A stretch of 19,010 bases of DNA from Elainellaceae cyanobacterium (GCA_051117555.1 JBNPEG010000043.1:1-19010), one strand, 5' to 3'; numbered from the stretch's first letter, positions 1 through 9,757 are shown. A program made the numbers and translations. Notes: generated by a model from the sequence alone, not told the origin.

Positions 1-58
1 GGAGTTGATCTGTAATGGCAAGGGGAACGTGCACATCCATATAAAACTGAACTGCCAT
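1..58 (-). CDS. DUF5615 family PIN-like toxin, 5' part only (runs off the window)
   Basis: Reverse complement reads MAVQFYMDVHVPLAITDQL, matching the hydrophobic-strand-D-x-H/N start of PIN-like DUF5615 proteins. Its ATG (58-56) directly follows the TAG of the DUF433 gene. Confidence 0.75.
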   Translation of the reverse strand, partial: MAVQFYMDVHVPLAITDQL

Positions 59-373
59 CTACAGCAATCCCTGAGCTTTCATGCGAATCGCGAAAGGAGA
101 CAGCGGAACAGAATCAGTCTCTTGCTGCACTTGTAGCCATTCCTGACGGATTTCGGTATCCAGTTCTGGCTGATTGTCAAAATAATAGGCCATCGCCGCA
201 TGGGCTTCAGCAGGCTGTAAGTAAGGATAGTGACGGCAAAGTTCTCCGACCGACCAACCGTGAGCAAGATAATCCATCACGATCTGTGCTACTCGAATAC
301 GTGGCAGACGAGTCAGGCGAGCAGCTTGCCCCTCTATTTTTTCAATATGGGGATACGGGATTATGGTTGTCAT
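59..373 (-). CDS. DUF433 family antitoxin-like protein
   Basis: YPHIEK...RIRVAQIVMDYLAHGWSVGELCRHYPYLQPAEAHAAMAYYFDN is the DUF433 signature. Start moved from 463 to the ATG at 373 (MTTIIP). Confidence 0.88.
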   Translation of the reverse strand: MTTIIPYPHIEKIEGQAARLTRLPRIRVAQIVMDYLAHGWSVGELCRHYPYLQPAEAHAAMAYYFDNQPELDTEIRQEWLQVQQETDSVPLSPFAIRMKAQGLL

Positions 374-500
374 AGGGAGAACGTCTAACGCATTTGATAT
401 TAACCTTACCTCTTTTATTATCCGGGAAGGATGGACGCTAACATCCTCCTCACAAATTGCCACGCTGCGAAAATTGGGGCAATCAAGAGCGATTTAGTTT

Positions 501-604
501 GTAGCAAAGCACCGCGTGCCCATCAGCCCAGATACGATAAACAAAGTCTATTGGTTAGATTTTTGTTGGTGATGGGCACGCGCAAAACTCTCTGTCCATC
601 CTAC
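501..604. repeat. REP/REPIN-like palindromic intergenic element
   Basis: Perfect 13-bp inverted repeat CGCGTGCCCATCA (513-525) / TGATGGGCACGCG (570-582). Begins GTAG and ends CCATCCTAC, the GTAG...CTAC ends typical of GTAG-family REPs. Confidence 0.7.
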
Positions 605-662
605 GACTGGAAATCAATGCAGTTCAGTGATCTGAGTGATGAAACCAATGGATTGAGTTGGT

Positions 663-977
663 CAAAAAACGGAACGCACCCTCAAACCAACGCATTGCCC
701 TCTCGAACTAAAGGAACGCGCCTTCAAACTAAAGGAAAGAGCGTGCGAACTAAAGGAACGCGCCCTCGAACTAAAGGAAAGGGCGACCAAACTAAAGGAA
801 CGCGCTCTCAAACTAAAGGAAAGAGCGACCAAACTAATGCTTTTCGATCCCGAACTAAAGGAAAGAGCGACCAAACTAAAGGAACGCGCCCTCAAACTAA
901 AGGAAAGGGCAACCAAACTAAAGGAACGCACCCTCAAACTAATGCGTTTCGATCGCAAACTAGCGGAACGCACGCTC
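663..977 (+). repeat. 21-bp tandem repeat array, 15 units
   Basis: Units (A/G)AACTAAAGGAA plus a 9-nt tail (CGCGCCCTC or AGAGCGACC type), in exact 21-bp phase from 663 to 977. Confidence 0.95.
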
Positions 978-1032
978 AAACCAAGTATTTTCTCTATGCG
1001 AGCAAAGGATTGGAGAGCGTTTAGGCTTTCGT

Positions 1033-1054
1033 GTAAGTGCGACCGTCCTCGGTC
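1033..1054. repeat. Small REP-like hairpin
   Basis: GTAAGTG-CGACCG-TCCT-CGGTCG: 6-bp perfect stem preceded by a GTA(A)G tetranucleotide-like end. Confidence 0.4.
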
Positions 1055-1186
1055 GTGGGTTCCTTAACGGTAGGGTCACAAGTGAGACGTTATGCTCCGC
1101 ATTGCCAGGGCACACGCACTTAATTCACACAAACCTAAGCCCGTAGGGCTATATAAGGCACGGCTGCCCCATTCCATCATTCGTCT

Positions 1187-2503
1187 TCATGATTCGTGCG
1201 ACGGATGTTTCGGCATGATCAATAACTTATCGACCCGATTGCCATCCATATCCATCACTTCAAATCGTAGATTACGCCATTCAAAGTGATCGGCAGCCGC
1301 CGGAATGCGCCCTAGATAGGTAATTACAAATCCACCTAGGGTCTGATAGTTACCTCGTTCTTCACCGGGTAAATGGGCGATGTCGAATAGTTCTTTAAAC
1401 TTGTCCGCTGGCAACATCCCATCAATGAGCCATGACCCATCTTCTCGCTGAATGGCTGGAGATTCGTAGGGCTGATCTGCAAATGGAATATCGCCAATAA
1501 TCACTTCTAGCACATCGTTGAGGGTGACAATTCCTTGAATGGCGCCATACTCATCGACCACGATCGCAATGTGGGTGCCCGATTGCTTAAAAAGTTCTAA
1601 CACTTTTAACGCCCGCGTGCTTTCTGGCACAAACAACGGCTGCTGCAACATATCTGTGAAGTCGAGGGGTTGATTAGATAGGCAGCGAGCCAGCACATCT
1701 GTCACGCTTAAAACACCCAGCACATTATCGAGCTCGTCATGACAGATCGGAAAGCGGGTATGACGGCTGTTAATCAGCTTTTGTCGGTTGACTTCGTGGG
1801 GATCGTTGAGGTTCAGCCAGGTGATATCAAAGCGGGGCGTCATCAACGAACTCACCTGCTCATCCCCGAGACGAAACACGCGCTCAACCATGTCTTGCTC
1901 GGCTTCCTCAAACATGCCCGCCTCTGCCCCTTGGCGGACTAAGACTTTGATTTCTTCCTCGGTGACGAGCGGTTCTGCCATCAATGATTCGACGCCTAAG
2001 AGCCTCAAGACTCCCTCGGTCAAGGCGCTCAGCAAATGAACAATGGGAGACGCGATCGCCGCTAAGATTTGCATTGGTTTTGCGACCGCAGTGGCGATCT
2101 TTTCAGGGTCGCTCAGCCCCAACCGCTTCGGTACGAGTTCACCAATGACCAGCGTGAGCAAGGTAATACAAATCACAACTGTCACCAGGGCGATCGCCTC
2201 GCTGAGCGTTTCTAAGCCGGGAATCAGCGCGATGTAAACTGCTAAGCTCTCCGAAAGCGTTGCGCCGCCAAACGCACCGGCCAAGATACCAATCAGCGTA
2301 ATGCCGACCTGCACAGTCGATAAAAAACGGTTGGGAGAATTTGCCAATTCAAGCGCAACGCGGGCATTCTTATCTCCTTGATTGGCTAAGTCTTGAAGGC
2401 GTGTTTTGCGGACAGAGATGACAGAGATTTCTGCCATTGCAAAAACGCCGTTTGCAAGCACTAGCAGCAGAATGATGAGAATCTCAATGGTGACAGAAGA
2501 CAT
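1187..2503 (-). CDS. HlyC/CorC (CNNM-like) membrane protein: DUF21 + CBS pair + CorC_HlyC domain
   Basis: N-terminal NGVFAMAEIS...FLSTVQVGITLIGILAG...GELVPKRL (DUF21), CBS motifs MTPR, HTRFPI and VVDEYGAIQGIVTLNDVLEVIIG, C-terminal DGSWLIDG...YQTLGGF...MDGNRVDK. Confidence 0.93.
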   Translation of the reverse strand: MSSVTIEILIILLLVLANGVFAMAEISVISVRKTRLQDLANQGDKNARVALELANSPNRFLSTVQVGITLIGILAGAFGGATLSESLAVYIALIPGLETLSEAIALVTVVICITLLTLVIGELVPKRLGLSDPEKIATAVAKPMQILAAIASPIVHLLSALTEGVLRLLGVESLMAEPLVTEEEIKVLVRQGAEAGMFEEAEQDMVERVFRLGDEQVSSLMTPRFDITWLNLNDPHEVNRQKLINSRHTRFPICHDELDNVLGVLSVTDVLARCLSNQPLDFTDMLQQPLFVPESTRALKVLELFKQSGTHIAIVVDEYGAIQGIVTLNDVLEVIIGDIPFADQPYESPAIQREDGSWLIDGMLPADKFKELFDIAHLPGEERGNYQTLGGFVITYLGRIPAAADHFEWRNLRFEVMDMDGNRVDKLLIMPKHPSHES

Positions 2504-2574
2504 GCGTTGACGTGCTAAATTGGGGAATCTCCCACAACCGAATAGTAATCAATGAGTCTAGGTCGCATAGCGGG

Positions 2575-3114
2575 TTATGCAAACTGCTCTCGAATGGCTT
2601 CGATGCGTTTGCGATTGACCCCTAAATCAGACTGTCCTAACCGGGATGCCGATCGCACATGAATAACTCCGTCTGACTCATCTAGGTAAAACTCGACGTC
2701 ATCGACAAAGCCCATCAGCGCGCTCGAAAATTCGGCATAGAGATAGGTCTTGTCTTCCGTGACGATATTGGTTCGCTCCATCGTTTGAATCACGGATTTG
2801 AGTTTTTCCATTGCCTCAGACGGAGATGAACTGTAGGTCAGCGGTTCGACATGATGCTCCTCATCTGATGTGGGGCTTTGACTATTAACACAGTTTGGGC
2901 TGTCAGGGCAGGGGGCAAGCTTGCCCTCTTTAACGCCGAGGTTATCGGGGCGCGTACCAGAAAACGAAAACATTGAACCTCCAGCAATATTGGTAACCGG
3001 TTGGGCGATCGCCTCTGATGAACTCACCGGAGCGGCGATCGCATTTGGAGTTCCCAACCCGATTAGAAAGAAAAGCACGATAGAAATGAGCAAAGACAGT
3101 CTTAGTTTGAGCAT
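2575..3114 (-). CDS. DUF1499 domain protein with N-terminal signal/TM segment
   Basis: LAPCPDSPNCVNSQ...FVDDVEF...IHVRSASRLGQSDLGVNRKRIE is the DUF1499 signature. Likely start is the ATG at 3114 (track start 3147). Confidence 0.9.
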   Translation of the reverse strand: MLKLRLSLLISIVLFFLIGLGTPNAIAAPVSSSEAIAQPVTNIAGGSMFSFSGTRPDNLGVKEGKLAPCPDSPNCVNSQSPTSDEEHHVEPLTYSSSPSEAMEKLKSVIQTMERTNIVTEDKTYLYAEFSSALMGFVDDVEFYLDESDGVIHVRSASRLGQSDLGVNRKRIEAIREQFA

Positions 3115-3166
3115 AGGTCTGTTCAATCCTAGGAATACCTTGCTCAATACTACTTAACATTTAGGC

Positions 3167-5056
3167 TTAGCGATAGGCAATTGTGCAGTCAGCCGACTGA
3201 GCCGTAGCGTGTGGAGGAACCAACCCCACCACATGGGGCACCGGGCGCGGCACATAGCGCACCATCGACTCTCCCTGATAGGCCAACGAGGTGCTTGCTC
3301 CCGAATCGAGCATGACCGCATCTTGCAGCCCCAACTGAGCGAGCATCGTCCCTAGTGACACCGAATCAACCCGATCATTGGAAACGCCAATCACAGGTTG
3401 CCCTGCTTGATTAACGCCCCAAAAGGCTCGATGACGATAGGCATCAAAGTCAAACAACCCGCCAAACGATTCGGGAGCGCGGGGTTGCCCGTCTTTGACC
3501 AGCCATGCAGCACCAACAAACGCATCTGTGACATCTGCCATCTCTGCCTGAATGCCTGCCAGAGAGTTGTGCGTATTGGCATCAAACGGGACAAATTTCA
3601 CCGCATCTGAGCTAATCAGCACTAAGGGGCGATTGATCAACCTCGGATTCTCGCTCGCATTGCCTGGAACAAACTCCCCCGTACTTTGGCTGAGCACCGG
3701 CCCAATCATCGTATTGGAGTCGAGATACTTCATCGAGAAAAAGCCACCATCAACTGCCGCCATAACATCGGTGTTAGCAATAATCTCAGGGACTTGATAG
3801 CGACTGTCTGCATGGATTGTGACGGGTTTGCCACCTGAAATTAGAGTAAGAGGAACATCATCCATCACAGGCTGATCGAGCCGAATCGGAGCCGTAAAGT
3901 CAAATGCGCTGGCCCACAGCCGAGGCTGAGAACCTCCCCATGCCCGTGAGGCCACGATTTCTAACTGGGACTGACCAATGCGATCGATCGCCAGTAGATT
4001 TTGTGAGTCTCCTGCAAAGCGATTCTCGCGATCATCCATTGTCAGCGCTGCCCGATAGCCCGCTTCGCGAACTGCCCAAGCGACCCGTGCGTCATACTTC
4101 CCCTCAGGATAGGTGAAATAGTGAATCGGGCGGCCCAACTCGGCTTCTAGCACGCGACGAGATTCCACAATTTCATGCTCAAGCTCTGCGTCGGACACCT
4201 CTCGCAAATCTGCCGGATGCGTGACGCTATGAGCTGCGATCGTGACGAGCGGATCGGCTGCCATCTCGCGCAGTTGTGCCCAATTAACGCCGGGTCTGCC
4301 GTAGTCTCGCCCAACCTTATAGGTATAGATCGAAAATGATCCGGGATAGCCGTATTTCTGGAGGAGGGGAAAGACGTGAGTATAGTGCCCTAGATAGCCA
4401 TCATCGAAGGTAAGCAGAATGGGCTTTTCGGGGAGGGGAAGCCCGGTGCGCAGATGGTCAACCATCTGATCAAGGCTGATGGGAGTTAGCCCATTTTCTT
4501 GAATATATTGCAGGTCTTCTTCAAATTCTTCGGGAGTAACATCGAAGAAGACTTCTTTTTCGGCCAAGATGTCGTGATACATGATCACCGGAACTTGAGC
4601 AAGCCGCGCCCGTCCGTGGATGGTCGGCCAGGGGCTGGGGGCTAGGGAGGCTACGATCTGCGGTCCCAATGCTTGAATAAATCTATCTAAGCCCGATTCG
4701 GGCGTTTGCAGCCAGGTTGCGACTTGAACAGCCTGATCGGCGATCGCCCCAATTTCTGGCTCGGCACTGCCCTGATTTACTGGACAGGCTGACGTCAGCG
4801 AATCGGGAGAAGGCGAATCGGGAGAAACTATATCAGCGTCAAGGGAAACTGGATCGTCCATACCCGGAATCAATGGCTCATCTACCGGGATTTCGTCTGT
4901 TGGGATTTCATCTGCCGGGATTTCGTCTGCCGGAAGGGCGATGTCAGACTCAGACGGAAGTTGGCTAACAGATGAGGAGGCAATAGAGGCGATCGCAGAC
5001 GCAATCAGAGCTGTTAAGCTCAGGCGAAAAAGGCGCGTTTGCACAGGGGGCACCAT
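3167..5056 (-). CDS. Polysaccharide deacetylase (NodB/CE4) fused to phosphodiester glycosidase (NAGPA-like) domain, exported
   Basis: VPVIMYHD, LTFDDGY, AHSVTH and FTYPEG (CE4 motifs). C-terminal AVDGGFF...RAFWG...AVMLDSGASTSL (phosphodiester glycosidase). N-terminal signal-like segment. Confidence 0.88.
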   Translation of the reverse strand: MVPPVQTRLFRLSLTALIASAIASIASSSVSQLPSESDIALPADEIPADEIPTDEIPVDEPLIPGMDDPVSLDADIVSPDSPSPDSLTSACPVNQGSAEPEIGAIADQAVQVATWLQTPESGLDRFIQALGPQIVASLAPSPWPTIHGRARLAQVPVIMYHDILAEKEVFFDVTPEEFEEDLQYIQENGLTPISLDQMVDHLRTGLPLPEKPILLTFDDGYLGHYTHVFPLLQKYGYPGSFSIYTYKVGRDYGRPGVNWAQLREMAADPLVTIAAHSVTHPADLREVSDAELEHEIVESRRVLEAELGRPIHYFTYPEGKYDARVAWAVREAGYRAALTMDDRENRFAGDSQNLLAIDRIGQSQLEIVASRAWGGSQPRLWASAFDFTAPIRLDQPVMDDVPLTLISGGKPVTIHADSRYQVPEIIANTDVMAAVDGGFFSMKYLDSNTMIGPVLSQSTGEFVPGNASENPRLINRPLVLISSDAVKFVPFDANTHNSLAGIQAEMADVTDAFVGAAWLVKDGQPRAPESFGGLFDFDAYRHRAFWGVNQAGQPVIGVSNDRVDSVSLGTMLAQLGLQDAVMLDSGASTSLAYQGESMVRYVPRPVPHVVGLVPPHATAQSADCTIAYR

Positions 5057-5229
5057 ATTGACGCAAATTCACAGTGGGATTACAGCTTAGTTCTACACGA
5101 TTTTAGGACTGTCTTCAGGTTTTCTGCACAACATTGCCGGAGAACATTGGGCAGAACATCACAAGCAATCTAGAATCGATATCGCATAATTGATTTTTTA
5201 TAACCAGATCTTTACGATTCGTTAAAAAC

Positions 5230-5244
5230 ATAAATGATAGTTAT
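5230..5244. promoter_or_regulatory. Putative LysR-type (RbcR/CmpR/CcmR class) binding site upstream of rbcL
   Basis: ATAA-ATGATAG-TTAT dyad containing T-N11-A, in the AT-rich divergent intergenic region before rbcL. A second T-N11-A dyad TTAA-AGAAC-TTAA lies at 5363-5375. Confidence 0.45.
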
Positions 5245-5531
5245 CTTTAAGCAAAGAAGTTTGAAAGTTCGACTTATTAAATTATTCCGAATACCTGATA
5301 TAGTTTCATTGAAACCAATAGTGCAGGGTCGGGTCAAATAGCCAGGTCGAACAGACATTCAGTTAAAGAACTTAAGTGAATGCTGACCTACTTTTTACCC
5401 TGATTTGTATCAGCTTCAATAGCCAGCGTAAGTTGCCCTTTGAGACATGTTTGACCTGTTTCGTTGGATTTTTTCTAAGCGGGCAGGGTTCTATTGGTTC
5501 GGTTTTGAGTGATTCATTAGGAAGGGGAAAT

Positions 5532-6962
5532 ATGTCTTATTCTCAAACACGAACTCAGTCAAAGTCTGGGTACGAAGCTGGGGTAAAGGATTATAAATTA
5601 ACCTATTACACCCCAGATTACACGCCCAAAGATACTGATATTTTGGCTGCATTCCGTGTCACGCCTCAGCCTGGGGTGCCCCCTGAAGAGGCTGGTGCAG
5701 CCGTTGCAGCCGAGTCGTCTACAGGAACTTGGACCACCGTGTGGACAGACCTGCTGACTGACCTCGATCGCTACAAAGGTCGGTGTTACGATATCGAGCC
5801 AGTGCGGGGCGAAGAAAGTCAGTTTATTGCTTATATTGCGTATCCGCTCGATTTGTTTGAAGAAGGATCTGTTACGAACCTGCTGACCTCCATCGTGGGG
5901 AACGTGTTTGGATTTAAGGCGTTGAAAGCGCTTCGTCTAGAGGACTTGCGAATCCCAGTTGCCTATCTAAAGACCTTCCAAGGGCCTCCTCACGGAATCC
6001 AAGTCGAGCGCGACAAGATCAACAAGTATGGTCGTCCGTTACTCGGCTGTACGATTAAGCCCAAGCTGGGTCTGTCTGCGAAGAACTACGGTCGCGCAGT
6101 ATATGAGTGCTTGCGCGGTGGTCTTGACTTCACTAAAGATGACGAAAACATCAACTCTCAGCCGTTTCAGCGGTGGCGCGATCGCTTCTTGTTTGTAGCC
6201 GATGCCATTCACAAGGCACAGGCTGAAACGGGTGAGATCAAAGGTCACTATCTCAACGTCACCTCTGCCACCTGCGAAGAAATGCTAAAGCGGGCGCAGT
6301 TCGCAAAAGAACTGGGAATGCCCATCATCATGCATGACTTCCTCACGGGTGGCTTCACCGCTAATACGACCTTGGCGAAGTGGTGCCGCGACAATGGCTT
6401 GTTGCTTCACATTCACCGAGCCATGCACGCCGTCATCGACCGTCAGAAAAATCATGGTATGCACTTCCGGACCCTAGCGAAGTGTTTGCGGATGTCAGGT
6501 GGTGACCACATCCATACCGGAACGGTTGTCGGTAAGCTAGAGGGCGATCGCGCGGTAACGATGGGCTTTGTCGATCTGTTGCGTGAAAATTACATCGAGA
6601 AAGATCCCTCTCGCGGTATCTACTTTACTCAAGACTGGGCATCCATGCCGGGTGTGATGGCAGTCGCATCGGGTGGTATCCACGTTTGGCACATGCCTGC
6701 CCTCGTCGAAATCTTTGGCGACGACTCCGTCCTTCAGTTTGGTGGTGGCACGCTAGGTCACCCGTGGGGTAATGCGCCAGGTGCAACCGCTAACCGGGTT
6801 GCTCTAGAAGCGTGCGTTCAGGCTCGTAACGAAGGTCGCAACTTGGCTCGTGAAGGCAACGATGTCATCCGCGAAGCAGCGAAGTGGTCACCTGAGTTGG
6901 CAGCGGCCTGCGAACTGTGGAAGGAAATCAAGTTCGAATTCGAGTCGGTCGATACCGTCTGA
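5532..6962 (+). CDS. rbcL: Rubisco large subunit, Form IB
   Basis: [30 protein letters not shown] start, [10 protein letters not shown] carbamylation motif, KLEG loop 6, [13 protein letters not shown]. True start is ATG 5532 after GGAAGGGG (476 aa). Confidence 0.99.
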   Translation: MSYSQTRTQSKSGYEAGVKDYKLTYYTPDYTPKDTDILAAFRVTPQPGVPPEEAGAAVAAESSTGTWTTVWTDLLTDLDRYKGRCYDIEPVRGEESQFIAYIAYPLDLFEEGSVTNLLTSIVGNVFGFKALKALRLEDLRIPVAYLKTFQGPPHGIQVERDKINKYGRPLLGCTIKPKLGLSAKNYGRAVYECLRGGLDFTKDDENINSQPFQRWRDRFLFVADAIHKAQAETGEIKGHYLNVTSATCEEMLKRAQFAKELGMPIIMHDFLTGGFTANTTLAKWCRDNGLLLHIHRAMHAVIDRQKNHGMHFRTLAKCLRMSGGDHIHTGTVVGKLEGDRAVTMGFVDLLRENYIEKDPSRGIYFTQDWASMPGVMAVASGGIHVWHMPALVEIFGDDSVLQFGGGTLGHPWGNAPGATANRVALEACVQARNEGRNLAREGNDVIREAAKWSPELAAACELWKEIKFEFESVDTV

Positions 6963-6965
6963 TCG

Positions 6966-7039
6966 AAGTTTTGAATATAAAGTTTTGAGTTTTGGGGCGA
7001 ATCGCTAACTCAAAACTCAAAACTTGAACCTCAAAACTT
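6966..7039 (+). repeat. Inverted heptamer (GAGTTTT/AAAACTC) stem-loop between rbcL and rbcX
   Basis: AAGTTTTGA (6966-6974) pairs with TCAAAACTT (7031-7039). AAGTTTTGAGTTTTG (6980-6994) pairs with CAAAACTCAAAACTT (7011-7025). Confidence 0.8.
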
Positions 7040-7059
7040 TCTAAAGGTCGGTATCCCTC

Positions 7060-7500
7060 ATGGATCTTAAGCAAATCGCCAAAGATACGACCAAGACTCT
7101 GATTAGTTATCTAACTTATCAGGCAGTTCGAACGGTTGTGAGTCAGTTGCGCGAGACAAATCCACCTTTATCGTTCTGGCTGAATCAATTCTCTTCGGCT
7201 AGCAAGATTCAAGATGGTGAAGCATATCTGCACGATTTACTGCAAGTGAATCAGCAGCTTGCGTTCCGGATTATGACCGTTCGGGCTCATCTTGCAGAGG
7301 AGGTCGCCGACTTCTTGCCTGAGATGGTGAAATCAGGAGTCCAAGAAGCCAACATCGACCATCGTCGTCGATATCTAGAGCGAATCACGCAGTTAAATTT
7401 GTCTGAAGCGGTTCCTCGCTCAGATTCGATGTCTGAGCAAACAAATTTAACGTCGGATTTACCAGAGTCGGAATCTGATTCGGAGAATCGCTCCGATTGA
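7060..7500 (+). CDS. rbcX: Rubisco assembly chaperone RbcX
   Basis: MDLKQIAKDTTKTLISYLTYQAVRTVVSQLRETNPP...QDGEAY...RIMTVRAHLA; located between rbcL and rbcS. Confidence 0.98.
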   Translation: MDLKQIAKDTTKTLISYLTYQAVRTVVSQLRETNPPLSFWLNQFSSASKIQDGEAYLHDLLQVNQQLAFRIMTVRAHLAEEVADFLPEMVKSGVQEANIDHRRRYLERITQLNLSEAVPRSDSMSEQTNLTSDLPESESDSENRSD

Positions 7501-7604
7501 TGGTGATGGAGGCTAGTTTACTTCGTCTGAATCGAAGGCTAGCATTCGTCGTGTCGTTATATCAATTCCTTGCACAAACAGTACGCTAGAAGGATCAACA
7601 AACT

Positions 7605-7946
7605 ATGAAAACTCTTCCAAAAGAGAGACGGTACGAAACACTGTCCTATCTGCCCCCGCTGACGGATCAGCAGGTTGCGAAGCAGATTCAGTACATTCTC
7701 GAGATGGGATATATTCCTGCGATCGAGTTTAATGAAACCTCTGAACCCACGGTCTACTATTGGACGATGTGGAAGCTGCCTTTGTTCAATGCGACGTCCG
7801 TTCAAGATGTGTTGAACGAAGTTAGCGAATGCCGCAACGAATACCGCGATTGCTTCATTCGTGTGGTTGGATTTGACAACATCAAGCAGTGTCAAGTCTT
7901 GAGTTTCATCGTGCATAAGCCCGGTGCGAGCACGTTTCGGTACTAG
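7605..7946 (+). CDS. rbcS: Rubisco small subunit
   Basis: [19 protein letters not shown]...[10 protein letters not shown]...[22 protein letters not shown]. Confidence 0.99.
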   Translation: MKTLPKERRYETLSYLPPLTDQQVAKQIQYILEMGYIPAIEFNETSEPTVYYWTMWKLPLFNATSVQDVLNEVSECRNEYRDCFIRVVGFDNIKQCQVLSFIVHKPGASTFRY

Positions 7947-7973
7947 GCGGTCTGGCAACACAGATTTCCCTTA

Positions 7974-8060
7974 GTAAGGGCGTGTAAAAATAGCCTCATG
8001 GGAGTGCGTTACGCCGACGCTTTAGCGTAGCCATGCCTGAAAGGCTATACAGCACCCTAC
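7974..8060. repeat. Degenerate composite REP-like element after rbcS
   Basis: GTAAGGGC start and GCACCCTAC end. Internal GTGCGTTACGC and TAGCC...GGCTA palindromic modules. Confidence 0.45.
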
Positions 8061-8244
8061 GTTTTTGACTGTGTCAGGTTGCCATAATTCTAGGGACATT
8101 GCAGTAGTGTGATGTCCCTATGTCATGAATGGCGGCATTGCTCGAAAGTAGGATTGGGGGGTGAATGCTCGGTTTCTTTGCTAATCCAGACGCCGGAAAT
8201 TTTCCTAACCCCCATGATGATGTTACTCAGAGTCCAGCAGACAT

Positions 8245-9309
8245 ATGACTCAAACGCACCGTGCTGGCGATCGCATCCGATGCTTAACCCTTGATCAAGC
8301 ATCCATGATGCCAGCGTACCGGGAAAAATGGCGAGTCATAGCCCGCTCTATAGAGCCGATTAATCAAGCTAGAGTTGCGACGACCATTCGAGCGGCATAT
8401 CGACTTATCCGCCAGCCAGAGCCCCAGATAATTTTTGTTGAGAGCCCTCGCGCGGCTCTAGAATTTACTTACCCTGACCGCACGCTCATTGGTGATCCGG
8501 TCAAGCGAGAGTTAAAGCAGTCTCTGTTAATCAGGCTTTGGAGTCAAATCGAATCGCAATTAGATTTGGCATTTAAGTATCGACTCTGGAAATTTCTCAA
8601 ACGGATGCTTTGGTATTTTCGGGAGTCTGAATACGACTGGGTCTTGCAGTCTCCGAGGCACGCTAATCTGACGCCAGATGATTGTCTATCAAATTCTGCC
8701 GAATTTATATGTCAGCTTGAGGACAAGATTTCTGCAATGACCTGGTGTGCCAATGCCTGCTGGATGAACTTTTGCATCTCGGTGTTGGATTGCGCTCACG
8801 ATCATGATAGATGGCAGATCTATCAATCCTTGCTCAAAGAGTGTGGCTGGATTTTTCCCTATCAACAGGTGTGTATCGTGTGCGATCGCCCCAGGGTGTT
8901 GCGGTTCGATGCTCAACAGCGATTTCATGCAGAGGGGCAGCCTGCGATTCAGTTCGCGGACAACACGAATCTCTATGCCCATCACGGTCAGCAGCTTCCC
9001 GAATGCTACGGCACTGTGCATCCCAGAGATTGGCACCCCCAGTGGCTGTTTGGAGAACGTGATGCAACCGTGCGGCAAACCCTTCTTCACGGGATTGGCT
9101 ATGCTCGACTTGTGCAAGACCTTGCGATTCGAGAGATAGACGAATGGGACGGCTATAATCTTGTACACCTTGTTCCGCCGGGTTCAGATCAATCACCGAT
9201 TCGTTTATTAACCTGGATGGATAATAGCGACGCGATTCAGGTGTTTGAAGTTGCGTCGCAGGCTGAGTCTGCACAAGCCGCTGTTCAAGCACTTGGCGTC
9301 TTAAAGTAG
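8245..9309 (+). CDS. DUF6745 domain protein
   Basis: CGWIFPYQQVCIVCDRP...FDAQQRFHAEGQPAIQFAD...LYAHHG...WLFGE...LLHGIGY pattern, and N-terminal YREKW...AAY...P.IIF..SP. Confidence 0.82.
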   Translation: MTQTHRAGDRIRCLTLDQASMMPAYREKWRVIARSIEPINQARVATTIRAAYRLIRQPEPQIIFVESPRAALEFTYPDRTLIGDPVKRELKQSLLIRLWSQIESQLDLAFKYRLWKFLKRMLWYFRESEYDWVLQSPRHANLTPDDCLSNSAEFICQLEDKISAMTWCANACWMNFCISVLDCAHDHDRWQIYQSLLKECGWIFPYQQVCIVCDRPRVLRFDAQQRFHAEGQPAIQFADNTNLYAHHGQQLPECYGTVHPRDWHPQWLFGERDATVRQTLLHGIGYARLVQDLAIREIDEWDGYNLVHLVPPGSDQSPIRLLTWMDNSDAIQVFEVASQAESAQAAVQALGVLK

Positions 9310-9447
9310 AGTTGTGCCGCAACTTTGATGGACGTAATCCTGTTCGATATTTTTAAGCTATTTTAGTCCGTTTGCTCAAGTTATTATAGAGAGGGGTGAA
9401 TACACGGGCAGTGTACCGATACCACGCAATTCCTCGAACCCGACCTA

Positions 9448-9684
9448 GTGAAGGATGACTGGAACTTTTTAGAAGTTTGGTTAGATCCAATGCAGTCCCC
9501 TCCCTACGTTTTGCTGTTACTAGGTGACAAAGGGAAGTTTTATTATGTTTTCGATCCCGCTGAGCATTATAGGCTTGTCAAAACTTTTCAGAACTATGAA
9601 GAAGCTCAACTCTGGCTACTAGAGGATGAATACGAGCCGATTGAAGGACGCCTATCTAGTCTTGAAGTTTGCCAGAGTGCTTGA
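9448..9684 (+). CDS. Conserved small cyanobacterial hypothetical protein
   Basis: 78-aa ORF with protein-like composition (PPYVLLL...DPAE...YEEAQLWLLEDEYE), filling the gap between genes. GTG start. Confidence 0.75.
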   Translation: MKDDWNFLEVWLDPMQSPPYVLLLLGDKGKFYYVFDPAEHYRLVKTFQNYEEAQLWLLEDEYEPIEGRLSSLEVCQSA

Positions 9685-9757
9685 AAATCGTTGTACGCAA
9701 CGTTATACCAATTCTGCGAGAGTGACGCAAACTCTAACGCCCCCAGCAGCCCATACC

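Noticed and set aside
663..977. CRISPR array
   Set aside because: The period is only 21 bp, the variable parts are 9 nt and recur rather than being unique spacers, and no cas genes are in the window.
431..1024. 197-aa ORF as a real gene
   Set aside because: It runs through a REP-like palindrome and the stop-poor tandem array, and several frames are open there for the same reason. Not supported as a CDS.
5376..5531. 52-aa N-terminal extension of RbcL
   Set aside because: The canonical start MSYSQT with an RBS is at 5532; the upstream in-frame stretch is leader sequence.
7557..9322. Antisense and alternate-frame ORFs over rbcS and the DUF6745 gene (and similar ones over other genes)
   Set aside because: Shadow ORFs of well-supported genes with no independent motif support.
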